Assembly: GCA_964449585.1 (NCBI GenBank)
Contig: CAYUZE010000005.1
Span: forward strand, 46,596 to 110,595
Origin: an uncultured Gammaproteobacteria bacterium
GTDB taxonomy: Bacteria; Patescibacteriota; Microgenomatia; UBA10105; UBA927
Direction: 5' to 3'
DNA length: 64,000 nucleotides
The notes under the pieces were generated by a model that searched no databases, was not told the origin of the DNA, and saw only the letters and a list, made by a program, of their open reading frames with translations. Of this stretch, positions 1-9,876 are shown piece by piece (the stretch's first letter is position 1; each line of letters starts with the position of its first letter). The position numbers and the translations under genes are program-made.

Positions 1-244
1 CGTGCCGCACCTCGGTACTCCTGCCGAACTTATTGACGTCATGGAACGCCACATCAAACTTTTTGTTGAAGTTTGGCGGGGTCGGAAAAATTACGCCATT
101 TTAAAAAAGTTTTTTAAAATTTATGTGAGCGGTTTCCGTCACGCTACCGATTGGCGCGTGCGTGCCATGGCTACCGATACGCCCGAAGAAGCCCTCTCGC
201 TTATTGCCGAACTTCGCCTGTCGGATGACTTGACTGCCGTTTAA
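1..244 (+). CDS. C-terminal part of tRNA-dihydrouridine synthase (Dus family), truncated by window edge
   Basis: ORF open from window start; LKKFFKIYVSGF..A..WR motif resembles the helical C-terminal domain of Dus enzymes. Confidence 0.65.
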   Translation, partial: VPHLGTPAELIDVMERHIKLFVEVWRGRKNYAILKKFFKIYVSGFRHATDWRVRAMATDTPEEALSLIAELRLSDDLTAV

Positions 245-284
245 CACTACACCGAGTAACGGAAATGAATGCTACAATAGATGC

Positions 285-995
285 ATGGGGAAGACGGTTA
301 TCGGACAGTATATCGCAGCACTTCTTTTCGGTATCGTTATTGCGTCGGGAATTTTTGTGACGCAACAGTTAAGCGGTGAATCCGTTCTTTCCGCGATCAA
401 TATCAGTCTCGCGGCGACGACGCTTTTCCTTTTGGGAAGTGTATTACTGCTGGGGCCGCTTTCCCGGCTCTTCACCGTGTTTGACGGATTGCTCACTTAT
501 CGCAAAGAATTGGGGATCGTCAGCTTCTTTACGGCACTGCTTCACGTGTATCTTGTCATGTTTCCGCTCGCAAGAAACGGCCCGTGGGGGTTGTATATCT
601 CCCGCCCGTGGTCTGCCTACCCGGGTTTGGAAGCGTTGATCATCCTGTTTATCCTTTTTCTTTTTTCCTGGAATTTTGCCATGCATGCGTTGGGGACAAA
701 ATTATGGTGGCAAATCCAATATTGGGGAGCGAGAATCGCATTCCTTCTGATCGCGTTTCACATGATTATTCTTAAGTACAAAACGATTCTTGCGTGGGTG
801 ATTCCCGGACAACAAGTTTCCGATATGACGAAAATGCATTTTCCGCCGCTTATCATTTGGGAAGCGCAGTTTGTGCTGTTTATTTTGGTTGTGCGGTTAT
901 CCGAACTTTTTGGCAAGAATGCGGCTCGACGAATCACCCAAGGCGTTGCCATGATTATCGTTACCACCATGCTGTGGTGGATATTTCTTCGATAA
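285..995 (+). CDS. Ferric reductase-like / MsrQ(YedZ)-like heme-binding membrane protein
   Basis: About 6 TM segments, YRKELGI..F..ALLH motif, W..IQY and second His (IAFH); TGcTACAAT 6 nt before ATG. Confidence 0.75.
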   Translation: MGKTVIGQYIAALLFGIVIASGIFVTQQLSGESVLSAINISLAATTLFLLGSVLLLGPLSRLFTVFDGLLTYRKELGIVSFFTALLHVYLVMFPLARNGPWGLYISRPWSAYPGLEALIILFILFLFSWNFAMHALGTKLWWQIQYWGARIAFLLIAFHMIILKYKTILAWVIPGQQVSDMTKMHFPPLIIWEAQFVLFILVVRLSELFGKNAARRITQGVAMIIVTTMLWWIFLR

Positions 996-1070
996 ATGAC
1001 ACTGCCGCTTTGCGAAAGATTTCCCTCGATGAAGCTTGTGCGGTAAATATGCGCGAGCGGTTATGTCGGG

Positions 1071-1295
1071 CTATATCCCGAGAATTTCGAATCGTTTGTT
1101 TTTTGATTTGTGACCCGATATGAGGGTGACAGCGGACTTTTTTACTTTGTAATAGTCGGCAAGCGCTTCAATTGCCGCCATATTTGCCCTTCCTTCGAGC
1201 GGCGGTGCATTGACGTAGATGTGGAGCATGCTGGTGAGGTCTTCTTCTACTCTCGGTCGCTTGCTGTTGGGGTGGGTGATAGCAGTAATCTGCAT
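1071..1295 (-). CDS. DUF167/YggU family protein
   Basis: APPLEGRAN and ISGHKSKNK motifs; start moved to ATG 1295, 6 nt after TACAAT. Confidence 0.9.
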   Translation of the reverse strand: MQITAITHPNSKRPRVEEDLTSMLHIYVNAPPLEGRANMAAIEALADYYKVKKSAVTLISGHKSKNKRFEILGI

Positions 1296-1351
1296 ACGTT
1301 GATTGTACGCCAAATGGCACAAAAGCGCGTATTCCTCTATACTATGGCGCT

Positions 1352-1723
1352 ATGAGACGCGATATTGAACAGGAGTGGAAAAGTCGACTGATGCCGGAAG
1401 CGCAGGAAATCTACGACACACTCCCGCGGGCATCGGGAAGTACGCTTGTCCGCATGGTGACGGCACAATTTGTCACGGAACGGGCGGTTTTTTGCGACCA
1501 GGGAGGGCAATATAGTTTGCGAGCCGATAAAGGGCATGCCCTGGAGCCGCTTTCGGCGGTGGATCATTCGGATATGATGGGCGTTGATGAACATGTGTGG
1601 CGCGTATTGGAGCGGACACCGCCGCATAGGGAGAATCTCATAAATGGCATTAACCGGTGTCTTGCGGGTTGTGAAGAAAACGGGGAGTTAAAAAAGGTAG
1701 TGCAACGGCTCTTTGCCCGATGA
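1352..1723 (+). CDS. Hypothetical protein (123 aa)
   Basis: ORF fills the intergenic gap; TATACT 8 nt upstream of ATG. Confidence 0.55.
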   Translation: MRRDIEQEWKSRLMPEAQEIYDTLPRASGSTLVRMVTAQFVTERAVFCDQGGQYSLRADKGHALEPLSAVDHSDMMGVDEHVWRVLERTPPHRENLINGINRCLAGCEENGELKKVVQRLFAR

Positions 1724-1730
1724 CGGATGG

Positions 1731-3053
1731 TTATTCGACCCCGAGAATACTTACCACACTCACCACGATAATGACCGTCATGGCTACCGCAAACCCGCGG
1801 AAAAATGCAGAAGAGCCGTTGGTTTTGGCATAAAAGATTTTCATCCCCAAGTTGACGGTATTGGCTACCGCTATTGCGCTTATCGCGTTACTGTAGCTCA
1901 ATGATTTGCCCGCCATGTCGGCAATCGTTATCACCACCGCATCCATACCCGCAACCGCCCCGATGGCGCTCGTGAGGATGACCCCGCTTTCGCCGAACAG
2001 CTGGCGCGCCAGTTGTGATCCCGTGCGGATAAGGCTAAAGATGACGGCAAATTTAAGGGCGGATTGGAGCGAAAATATACTCGTTGCGGCTTTGGATTCC
2101 GCGGTTGTATGCGTCGAGCGGAAGTGAAGCACCGTACTCACGATGATTCCGGTTAGGAGAAGCGCCATAAAGAACAATGAGCCGCTCGTAAAGAGCGCCG
2201 CATTGATGGGGAGCACTAACAGCATAATCTGCACGAAACTTGCGGTGTTTGAAAGTACTGCCGCGGTAACAAGCGCCGTAGCATCCGTCATTTTCTTGCT
2301 CCGCTGGGCAAGGGCAAGGGTAGATGCTGTCGATGATATGAACCCGCCGCTCACCGCCGCCATGATCCAGCCTTTTTTCCCCCCAAACAATTTTTGGAGT
2401 CCGTAGCCAAGAAGATCAATACCCGTGATAAGCGTGACGACGAGCCACAATCGGTACGGGTTGATGAGTTCGATGGATGCAAAGCGTTCAAGCGGTGCGT
2501 TGTAAGCAGACGCAAGTTGGTTCACCAAGGCTAGGTCACCCACGCGTATCCAGGTGTTGGGAAGGAACGGCAGGATCACGAGTGCGATGATGCCATATAA
2601 GACAAACGCATTGGTTTCAAACATGTGGAGCGATCGCACTACGGATTTGATTTCCTGTTTGCGGGAGAGAAGGAAGGTGATGACAAACGTGGCGGCAAAC
2701 ACGAGAGCGATCGGGAATTGGGGGAAGAACAGGAGTGCCCCCATGAAAAACACGGCGATAGCGCCGATTTCCGAGGTGGGACCGTGATCGCGGGTGCGGA
2801 TGCTCGATATAATATAGTAAGAAACAAGCATGATACCCGTGAGTACTGCGGCGACTATCCCCAGAGGATTACCCGCGGTAGTAAGATACCCGCAAATGCC
2901 TCCCAAAAAGGAGAGTAGTGAATAGGTGCGGATACCCATGGAGGTTTCTCGCTTTACGCGCGAGCCTTTTTCATCGTGCTGATACTCGCGCTCAAGCCCC
3001 ACGATGGCGCCCACGAGGAAACTCAACCCAAACCGGAGGAGAAGATCATTCAT
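1731..3053 (-). CDS. MgtC/SapB-DUF4010 family membrane protein
   Basis: GAIVGLERE, GIRTY, LPFLPN, GGFISSTA motifs; many TM helices. Confidence 0.85.
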   Translation of the reverse strand: MNDLLLRFGLSFLVGAIVGLEREYQHDEKGSRVKRETSMGIRTYSLLSFLGGICGYLTTAGNPLGIVAAVLTGIMLVSYYIISSIRTRDHGPTSEIGAIAVFFMGALLFFPQFPIALVFAATFVITFLLSRKQEIKSVVRSLHMFETNAFVLYGIIALVILPFLPNTWIRVGDLALVNQLASAYNAPLERFASIELINPYRLWLVVTLITGIDLLGYGLQKLFGGKKGWIMAAVSGGFISSTASTLALAQRSKKMTDATALVTAAVLSNTASFVQIMLLVLPINAALFTSGSLFFMALLLTGIIVSTVLHFRSTHTTAESKAATSIFSLQSALKFAVIFSLIRTGSQLARQLFGESGVILTSAIGAVAGMDAVVITIADMAGKSLSYSNAISAIAVANTVNLGMKIFYAKTNGSSAFFRGFAVAMTVIIVVSVVSILGVE

Positions 3054-3121
3054 ATCCTATAGCTATTATAGCGGAAGCAAGGTGTAGGGTAAATAGGGCG
3101 TCAGGGAAGGATGAATGGTTG

Positions 3122-4366
3122 TTACTTTGTAACCCACTTCTCCAGCGCCCGTTGCAGTTCGGGGCTGTCTTTGGCTTCAGATAGGGGAATGCCGTTAAGT
3201 GCCGCATTGAGTGACTGAATGATCGCCCGCGCCCCTGCGGGAGTGCCGTCGGGATGTCCGTGGATGCCGCCGCCGAAGTTCATCAGTAAATCTTTGCCAA
3301 GGATCGACACAAGGTCGGGGATATGTCCGGGGTGCAGTCCGCCCGAGGCGGTAGGGAGGGTCGTTTTTAGCCCGTACCATTCACTGCGGAGAAAATTATT
3401 GATCGTCACCACTTCTTCGCGGCCTCCTTCCATTTTGCCGACCACGGTTCCGGTGTGGAACGAGTCGATACCCGCAAGCCGCGCGAGTTTGGCGATGACG
3501 AGCATCGAGATACCGAAAATTTTAGATCGGGTAAATGCCGCATGCATCGCGCGGTGCCCGTGGATCATCAGTCCGTAGTTGCGGTTTCGTATCCCTTGGG
3601 TCGCGGCAAAGCCCGCGGTCAGTACATCGATCATCAGGCAGTTCGCGCCGCTATCGCGCACGTAGTTTGCGCGTTTCATCATTTCTTCGTAACTGGCCGT
3701 GATATTGAATGCATGGATTTTGGCATTGCCGATTTCAAGGTAATGCTTTTCCTTCATCCTGCGGGTGACTTCATCCACCCGGGTATAGAAATTATCAAAT
3801 GTCATGTTGGCAAGGTTTTCGTCATCTTTGACGAGGTTGACGCCCCCGTCCCATACCTCCATACACGCTTCGGCGTGGCGGACACTGGTAAGCCCCAGTT
3901 TGGGTTTGATGATAGAACCGGTGAGCGGACTGTCTTTCACCCCCGTGAGGTTGCGGATGCCGTCAATGCCGAGTGCGGGACCGGGGAATGATTTGACGAA
4001 TACCTCGGGAAATTCCAAGTCCTCAAGTCGGAGTCCCACGATTTCCTTGAGTCCGAACACGTTGCCCGTGATAGAAGAGAGGAGTTGGGGGATACTTCCC
4101 GCCTCAAACAAATCCAGTGGATACGCAACGACAATTCTCCCCGTAGTTTCATCCATGTCGATGACTTTGGCATGTAACTTATCCCAGATTGCTTTTTCCT
4201 CGAGCCCGATGTCCGTCCACGTGCCGACGGAGGATTCCGCCGCCACACCTCCTGCGGTCTTATCAAACGGTTCACCTTCCACTTTGAGGGTAAAGGTAGC
4301 CAAAATATGCTTGGTCTTGTCGACTTTTTCGTTGAGTGCCAGATAATGGATGTACCGATTTGCCAT
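3122..4366 (-). CDS. rbcL: RuBisCO large subunit, archaeal form III-like
   Basis: AESSVGTW, GNVFG, IKPKLG, VKDDE, HGHRAMH, HTGTVVGKMEG, ASGG, FGGG: active-site motifs of true RuBisCO are present. Confidence 0.93.
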   Translation of the reverse strand: MANRYIHYLALNEKVDKTKHILATFTLKVEGEPFDKTAGGVAAESSVGTWTDIGLEEKAIWDKLHAKVIDMDETTGRIVVAYPLDLFEAGSIPQLLSSITGNVFGLKEIVGLRLEDLEFPEVFVKSFPGPALGIDGIRNLTGVKDSPLTGSIIKPKLGLTSVRHAEACMEVWDGGVNLVKDDENLANMTFDNFYTRVDEVTRRMKEKHYLEIGNAKIHAFNITASYEEMMKRANYVRDSGANCLMIDVLTAGFAATQGIRNRNYGLMIHGHRAMHAAFTRSKIFGISMLVIAKLARLAGIDSFHTGTVVGKMEGGREEVVTINNFLRSEWYGLKTTLPTASGGLHPGHIPDLVSILGKDLLMNFGGGIHGHPDGTPAGARAIIQSLNAALNGIPLSEAKDSPELQRALEKWVTK

Positions 4367-4373
4367 AGAAATA

Positions 4374-5261
4374 TTATAGAGAGATAAACGGATAATTCAT
4401 ACGGGCGGTTTCGACAATTTGTTCCCCGCGAAGCAATCCCGCTTCGGTAATGATCGTGATGTCTTTATCATACGGCGTAAAGTCAAAGGCGGGGGCAAAG
4501 ATCGAAAGCTTTTCGGGCGCATCGTTCCATATTTCCGACGGATTGCGGGTTTCGATAAGCGACTGGTCAAACGGGCGAGGATCATATTTTAACAACGTGG
4601 AGAAGCAATACACGGGAATATTTCGCGCCCGTGCCGCAAGTACGATGGCAAGACTGCCGATTTTGTTGACAAACCCCGTGTCGGTCAGTAAATCCGCCCC
4701 GATAAATACCGCCGAAATATTCCGCTTCGGATCGGCAAGCACCGAGGCAGCGGCGCTATCGACGATCAGTGTCACGGGATCGATACCCCCGTTTATGAGT
4801 TCCCGCACCGTGAGTCTTCCTTGAAACAGAGGGCGCGTTTCGGTGGCGATAACCGAAAGTTTTTTGCCTTCCCCATGTGCCGCCAGAAACGCGTTGGTGA
4901 CCGTTGATGCGTGGCAATGGGTCAGGTAGGCGGCGCCGTCCCGCATGAGTTTGGCGCCGTGCTCAGCGATTTTGTGCTTTGCATCCTTTATATAGGTCGT
5001 ATAAGTGGCGATTTTTCCCAATAGTGCCGCGGCATGTTTGGGCGAGTCGGCAAACATACTCCGTACCGCATTTTGTGCCAGCGGCTCGGTAGGGCGCGCG
5101 TATGCCAGTGCATCGGCCATCTCTTTTAGCGTCGTTACGGGTGTTTCGGGGGCATTGCGTACCGTGAGGGTAAGGGTATCAAGCATGGCGAGCGCAACGT
5201 TGGTGGCACCCTGAATGTTTAAGGCTTTGATATCCGAAACCACCTGTTTGTAGGGCAGCAT
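4374..5261 (-). CDS. Ribose-1,5-bisphosphate isomerase (eIF-2B alpha/e2b2 family)
   Basis: IQGAT, RPTEP, LTHCHAS, ETRP..QG, IGAD, NKIGS, PAFD.TP motifs; directly upstream of RuBisCO. Confidence 0.88.
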   Translation of the reverse strand: MLPYKQVVSDIKALNIQGATNVALAMLDTLTLTVRNAPETPVTTLKEMADALAYARPTEPLAQNAVRSMFADSPKHAAALLGKIATYTTYIKDAKHKIAEHGAKLMRDGAAYLTHCHASTVTNAFLAAHGEGKKLSVIATETRPLFQGRLTVRELINGGIDPVTLIVDSAAASVLADPKRNISAVFIGADLLTDTGFVNKIGSLAIVLAARARNIPVYCFSTLLKYDPRPFDQSLIETRNPSEIWNDAPEKLSIFAPAFDFTPYDKDITIITEAGLLRGEQIVETARMNYPFISL

Positions 5262-5304
5262 ATACACCCATTGTAGGAAGAAAATTACGCCAAGACAATA
5301 CGCG

Positions 5305-5625
5305 TTACCTGGTGCGGGTGAGGTGGATCACGGTACCCGTTTCCGCGTCGGTCAGCGTACCGGTAGCATCATTAGCGGGCAAATTTGCGATATCGATAGG
5401 TGTTCCTACCTGTTCAAATTTCAAATACACCCGTCCGGCGCCCTTCGCCCCCTCACTGATCATGTGGGAAGGAGCCCAAAGTATCTTCCGCCAGATCCCC
5501 GGTTGTATTTGGAGTCGGGCGGACATAATTCCCCCCGATTCCTTGGGGTCGGGGATGGTAAATTCATCGCGTTCATCGGGTAGCCGCTCTATGTAGCCTT
5601 TGATTGTCATAACGGGATAAATCAC
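5305..5625 (-). CDS. Hypothetical protein
   Basis: ORF only; no recognisable motif. Confidence 0.4.
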   Translation of the reverse strand: MIYPVMTIKGYIERLPDERDEFTIPDPKESGGIMSARLQIQPGIWRKILWAPSHMISEGAKGAGRVYLKFEQVGTPIDIANLPANDATGTLTDAETGTVIHLTRTR

Positions 5626-5715
5626 ACAAAAAAATCAGCCATTTTCAAGTTGTATGGCATGTACATTCCGCGCAAATGTGACGAGCATTATGATACGGTA
5701 TGATATACTTTGGGT

Positions 5716-6045
5716 ATGGTGAAAGAGAAACATGTCTATGCGTGCGCGGAAGGAAGGATTCGCGGTCGGGAACTGGCCGATCTGGCGAACGCGACGAAAG
5801 TAATTTCCGCCCGTTTCTTTCCCGGAGGTAAAAGAAGCCTGGTAGAGTTGGATAAGAGTGCGCTACAGGCGACAATAGCCGAGGATGAAATGGTGGTATT
5901 AATTACGGAACCGCAAACGAGTTGGCGGGAAGATTATGAGTTGTCCGAGCGGGCAAAAGTGTTGCTTGGGAACGCCGGCAGAAAGTGGCGAAGCGATACA
6001 CACGCCAATCTCATCGTCGAATTGGAGTTACGAATGCTTCAGTAG
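5716..6045 (+). CDS. Hypothetical protein
   Basis: ORF; TATACT 6 nt before ATG 5716. Confidence 0.5.
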   Translation: MVKEKHVYACAEGRIRGRELADLANATKVISARFFPGGKRSLVELDKSALQATIAEDEMVVLITEPQTSWREDYELSERAKVLLGNAGRKWRSDTHANLIVELELRMLQ

Positions 6046-6205
6046 CCACTTCGTACCATCCTTCCTGAATCCTCGGGTCGAATGCGCGGGATCGTGTTCC
6101 ACTTGCTGATTTATTTTCAAGATAGTACTTACCCAGAAAATAACCCACCCATTTTCACCATAACCGGAAGAAAAATAATACCGGCGTGTGAGGGGCTTGG
6201 GAATC

Positions 6206-6523
6206 TTATTCTTCCGGAAATTTGAGGACGCCGGTAATAAATAAATCAATGCTGTGAAGCAACTGAATCTGTGTTTCCCTTGCCCCCTTGAGGGGATTTT
6301 TTCCTCTATTTTCCTGACGTAGCTCGCGGATTTGCCGTTGATCCATGGAGAGCACCGTGGTAACAATTTCTTCAAATTCTGCTCTTGAATGACCCCAGGT
6401 ATCAGCCCATGCTATTTTCTCGGGAGTCAGGAAGTGTGTCTGTAGGCGATTACGGTTAGCCTGGATAAAACTCAGTTCTTCGTCCGGGCTAATTCGTCGC
6501 GGCATGCGGTGGGATTCATTCAT
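6206..6523 (-). CDS. Hypothetical protein
   Basis: ORF; TGcTATAAT just upstream on minus strand, divergent from the native ychF promoter. Confidence 0.5.
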   Translation of the reverse strand: MNESHRMPRRISPDEELSFIQANRNRLQTHFLTPEKIAWADTWGHSRAEFEEIVTTVLSMDQRQIRELRQENRGKNPLKGARETQIQLLHSIDLFITGVLKFPEE

Positions 6524-6590
6524 TTCACAAAAATTATAGCATTAATTGGGTATGCGGGTACGTCCTATGGGTGTGGATAGGTTGAACACA

Positions 6591-6622
6591 TGATACAATC
6601 TTGGCATGAATCTGAAAGTAGG
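6591..6622 (+). promoter_or_regulatory. Original ychF extended -10 promoter and displaced first codons (left junction, attL)
   Basis: TGaTACAAT + 6 nt + ATG AAT CTG AAA GTA GG (MNLKVG), the same peptide as the ychF start at 12741; reading then runs into element DNA and stops after 16 codons. Confidence 0.88.
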
Positions 6623-6786
6623 AACCCTTGTTACAATGCTCCAACTCTTAAATTAAGATTTTTACTTACAATCCCAGCTCCCAACAGAGGAAGAATAATC
6701 TCTAGTCGTAGTAATTTAGGAAGAATTATAAAAGCTCAGGTCCCAGACTTGACTGCTACGATTTAATGAACTAATCTACTGCTGCT

Positions 6787-6806
6787 GCCCGAAAGGGCCT
6801 TTTTTT
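6787..6806 (+). terminator. Short hairpin plus U-tract (possible intrinsic terminator)
   Basis: GCCC-GAAA-GGGC-C-TTTTTTT, 20 nt after the stop of the detached recombinase tail; the stem is only 4 bp. Confidence 0.5.
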
Positions 6807-7616
6807 ATGGCATACATCGCGAAAAATAAAGCAGTAATAATTCTGCTATTTATAATTCTTAGTCTCTCTGTTGCAGGATGGTACGCATCTAAGTTACCAC
6901 TTGAATCTACTTCAAAAGATTTTGCTATTACGGTCCTTAATGGTTTTTGGACCGCTTTATTTGCCTTTATTTTCTTAGGGCTTTCATCTATTGCATCAAA
7001 AGTGTTTGGTCGTGAACTAAAACACTATAACTCATTGGTAAATTTAGAGACGCAACTTAACGAAATGATTGGAGTTATTAAGGATAATATCTACGTAATG
7101 AAAGGTTATAAAACAGTTATCCTTAAAGGAAATATTCATTGGGGGAATTTAAGACCGATATTTATTGATAAATCTCATTATGAGAATTTACACGATATCA
7201 ATCTTATAAACAGAGTATTTTCATTCTTTTATCAGGTTAGAAAAATCAATGATGATATGGAAAATTTACAGGCTGGTTACAATGACCTAAAGAATGCATA
7301 TATACAAAAACAGATACGAGTTGAACAATATGTAGAAAATGCTCGAAGGATTTGCGAAGTCCTTGATGATTTGGAAGACTTTTCTGAAGAATTGTTCGAT
7401 GAGCTTTTATCCCTGTTAACCCGTGTTCAAATTCAAATTAGGAAGGAAAAACCACTCACCGCAATTATTAATGAAGCACTCATATATACAACAGGGGATA
7501 AGATTACATTGTCAGAATTTGAAACCGCAAAGAAAAGAATTAAATCGGAACTTGAAACATCGGCTAAAGAATCTGCCGAACAAATCGCCAAGATTCATAA
7601 AAGGAGAAAGAAATGA
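6807..7616 (+). CDS. Cargo protein: 2 N-terminal TM helices plus helical/coiled-coil domain, unknown function
   Basis: 269-aa ORF in AT-rich DNA; two hydrophobic segments in residues 8-65. Confidence 0.75.
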   Translation: MAYIAKNKAVIILLFIILSLSVAGWYASKLPLESTSKDFAITVLNGFWTALFAFIFLGLSSIASKVFGRELKHYNSLVNLETQLNEMIGVIKDNIYVMKGYKTVILKGNIHWGNLRPIFIDKSHYENLHDINLINRVFSFFYQVRKINDDMENLQAGYNDLKNAYIQKQIRVEQYVENARRICEVLDDLEDFSEELFDELLSLLTRVQIQIRKEKPLTAIINEALIYTTGDKITLSEFETAKKRIKSELETSAKESAEQIAKIHKRRKK

Positions 7617-7870
7617 AAAAATATATCTTTATGGTCATGCCGCCACAATTTAATACCTCAGCAGGAGTAGAAGTTGACGAGGTAGAAATTAAAACTCTTA
7701 CTGAAGAAGTTGAGATAATAAGAATCCGTATTATGGCTTCAGAAATTAAGGAAGCATTTGAAAAAGCGAAGCAGGAGTTGTCCCAAATTATTACAGTATC
7801 TTTTGGGCACATGAAGAACTTCGATTACTATGCTTTTAAACTTAGATTAATTGAAGTTGAAAATTTTTAG
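7613..7870 (+). CDS. Hypothetical protein (85 aa), coupled to upstream gene
   Basis: ATGA overlap and AGGAG Shine-Dalgarno. Confidence 0.7.
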   Translation: MKKYIFMVMPPQFNTSAGVEVDEVEIKTLTEEVEIIRIRIMASEIKEAFEKAKQELSQIITVSFGHMKNFDYYAFKLRLIEVENF

Positions 7871-9186
7871 ACAACAAGCCAATTATGGCTTTCTAAATAG
7901 GCTTTTACGGTATCGGGGTGAGGATGTTCAAATCCAAAAATCCAAAATATTTCGTTTATCAAATTGATAAAGTAATCTTGAAATCGCTTCTTATCATTAA
8001 GTATCGAGGTGTCAAGCTCCAACGGATAATAGTAATGTTGCAATAATCCCATCTTGTCGTCATCAGGAAAAGTTTCTCTCCCTGTTAATACTGGTTTGAT
8101 ATAGATGTCTTCAGTGCTCTTTAATGAGAGACTACCTTTTATTCCACCTTGATACTCAAATAATTTATAAAAGTTTGTTGTAGCTTTCATTACAGCAAAA
8201 GTAAGGGAAATTAGATGCGAAATGTAGATAAATTTATATCCAGTTTCTAAATCCAAATTTAGAACATCTTTTGACAGGCGAACAAAACCCGATGAGTAAA
8301 TCTGTTCATTATGAATTCCTCCGTAATCCTCACGCCAAGAGAACGTCATAACCCCTTCTGGGATTGGTTCCATATTAACTGACGGAAAGTTAATGCGAAA
8401 AGTCCTATCACCATCTCGTATATCAGTTAGTCTTTCTTTTATATCTCGGGGCGTGACAATTGGCGTAGGATAGTAAGGTTGTAAAATCACACTAAAAATA
8501 GAAGCGTTGGACCCGAGTTCTTGTTGGAAAATTTTCGATTGAAATTCTGGTGGAGGTTGATGTTGCGTTAGCGCTTCTTGTCTTGCGCGTTTATAATTTG
8601 CTTTCTCAACTGCAATTTTCTTCTTGCGTTCTATTTCTCCTCTGTGTAAAGCAGCTTCATAGATTTCATTGGATTGTTGTATTTTGAGGTTTCTTAATAT
8701 TTCAGCATTTTCTTTTTTTCTTACGAGTAATTCAGTTGCCTCTGGTGATGCTAAATCAACAGAAGGCGTTATATTTCCTGTTCGGACATATATTTTGGGG
8801 TCATTTTGTACATAGTAGGGAGTTCTATCCCCTTCAAATACTCTTATTAAGATAAAATTTCTTCCATTTACTTCGTTTGTTGGATGCACTTCATACAACG
8901 GAAAGGGAGTTATATTGGAAGCCCACTGATGTATTCTTTCAACGTCTTGAGCATTAACAGGAATGCCAGTCCAAGCAGAGGGGACGCCAGTTGTTCTATT
9001 TTCCTCTACGCCAATAATGATTACGCCCCCTCTAGTATTTGAAAACGCGGCGATAAGTTTGGATAAACCATCCCGAGGCAATTCCTTCTTATAGTCAATT
9101 TGGAGACCTTCTCTTATTCCTTCTTGGCAAAAAGTCTCAATTTTAGCGAAGTCAAATGATTTGATGGGTTTATTGAGGATATCCAT
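7867..9186 (-). CDS. Schlafen/AlbA_2-domain protein with uncharacterised C-terminal domain
   Basis: N-terminal EGLQIDYK..IAAFSNTRGGVIIIGVEE and YVRTG signature of AlbA_2. Confidence 0.88.
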   Translation of the reverse strand: MDILNKPIKSFDFAKIETFCQEGIREGLQIDYKKELPRDGLSKLIAAFSNTRGGVIIIGVEENRTTGVPSAWTGIPVNAQDVERIHQWASNITPFPLYEVHPTNEVNGRNFILIRVFEGDRTPYYVQNDPKIYVRTGNITPSVDLASPEATELLVRKKENAEILRNLKIQQSNEIYEAALHRGEIERKKKIAVEKANYKRARQEALTQHQPPPEFQSKIFQQELGSNASIFSVILQPYYPTPIVTPRDIKERLTDIRDGDRTFRINFPSVNMEPIPEGVMTFSWREDYGGIHNEQIYSSGFVRLSKDVLNLDLETGYKFIYISHLISLTFAVMKATTNFYKLFEYQGGIKGSLSLKSTEDIYIKPVLTGRETFPDDDKMGLLQHYYYPLELDTSILNDKKRFQDYFINLINEIFWIFGFEHPHPDTVKAYLESHNWLVV

Positions 9187-9221
9187 GTTATCTGGACGCT
9201 ATTATATACCCTTATTAAATT

Positions 9222-9500
9222 CTAATGAATGAAATAACTCAAAAGGTGTGTAATTATTGGGGCAATAAAGGCGGGTCCAATTATCAAGCCTAATACAAAG
9301 GCTAAGATTAAAAGCTTCCAATTAACAAATAAAAGCACTAGTCCCAGTAGTAAGCAAACAAAGGCATTTATATTTAAAATTGAGATAACAGAAGGACGAT
9401 TGAATAGAGTTGGTCTCTCCGTTACATTAAATTTCCCCCACTTATTTAAGGTAAAACCTCCAAAAGAAAGTAGAAATAGAATTCCCAAAAGATAGTCCAT
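9222..9500 (-). CDS. Small membrane protein (3 TM)
   Basis: 92-aa hydrophobic ORF. Confidence 0.65.
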   Translation of the reverse strand: MDYLLGILFLLSFGGFTLNKWGKFNVTERPTLFNRPSVISILNINAFVCLLLGLVLLFVNWKLLILAFVLGLIIGPAFIAPIITHLLSYFIH

Positions 9501-9531
9501 ATAAAGAATAAGCTTATTATGAGGCTAAATG

Positions 9532-9546
9532 CACCATCATATGGTG
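9532..9546. promoter_or_regulatory. Palindromic operator candidate upstream of XRE regulator
   Basis: CACCAT-cat-ATGGTG; a second palindrome CATAC-cct-GTATG lies just before the XRE start. Confidence 0.5.
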
Positions 9547-9584
9547 TAGATTAGAGGATACACCCAACATACCCTGTATGCAAC

Positions 9585-9800
9585 ATGGCAGGGTACAAAA
9601 TAAACCAGAAACTTGGACAACGAATCCAACGAGCGCGGAAGGGGAAGAAGATATCTCAAGAACAATTTGCCGAAGCTATCGGAGTCCATCGAAATCAAAT
9701 TGGTCGCATTGAGCGAGGGGAAACGAATGTCCCAATGTACACCTTTTATAAAATCGTCAAAGCCCTCAAATTAAAGGCTCGAGATTTACTTCCTTTTTAA
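9585..9800 (+). CDS. XRE-family HTH regulator (C-protein-like)
   Basis: LGQRIQRAR..ISQEQFAE..GVHRNQIGRIERGETN. Confidence 0.92.
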   Translation: MAGYKINQKLGQRIQRARKGKKISQEQFAEAIGVHRNQIGRIERGETNVPMYTFYKIVKALKLKARDLLPF

Positions 9801-9876
9801 TGAGTGCGGGAAGGTTTTATATCAAAATATATCAAAGTGATATTAGATATACCGAGGGGCAACCGGCGAATTTACC

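Noticed and set aside
3122-4366. RuBisCO-like protein (form IV) with MtnA in methionine salvage
   Set aside because: Residues typical of true RuBisCO (GN, HRAMH, GKM loop 6) are retained, and the isomerase lacks the MtnA N-terminal DQ..LP region.
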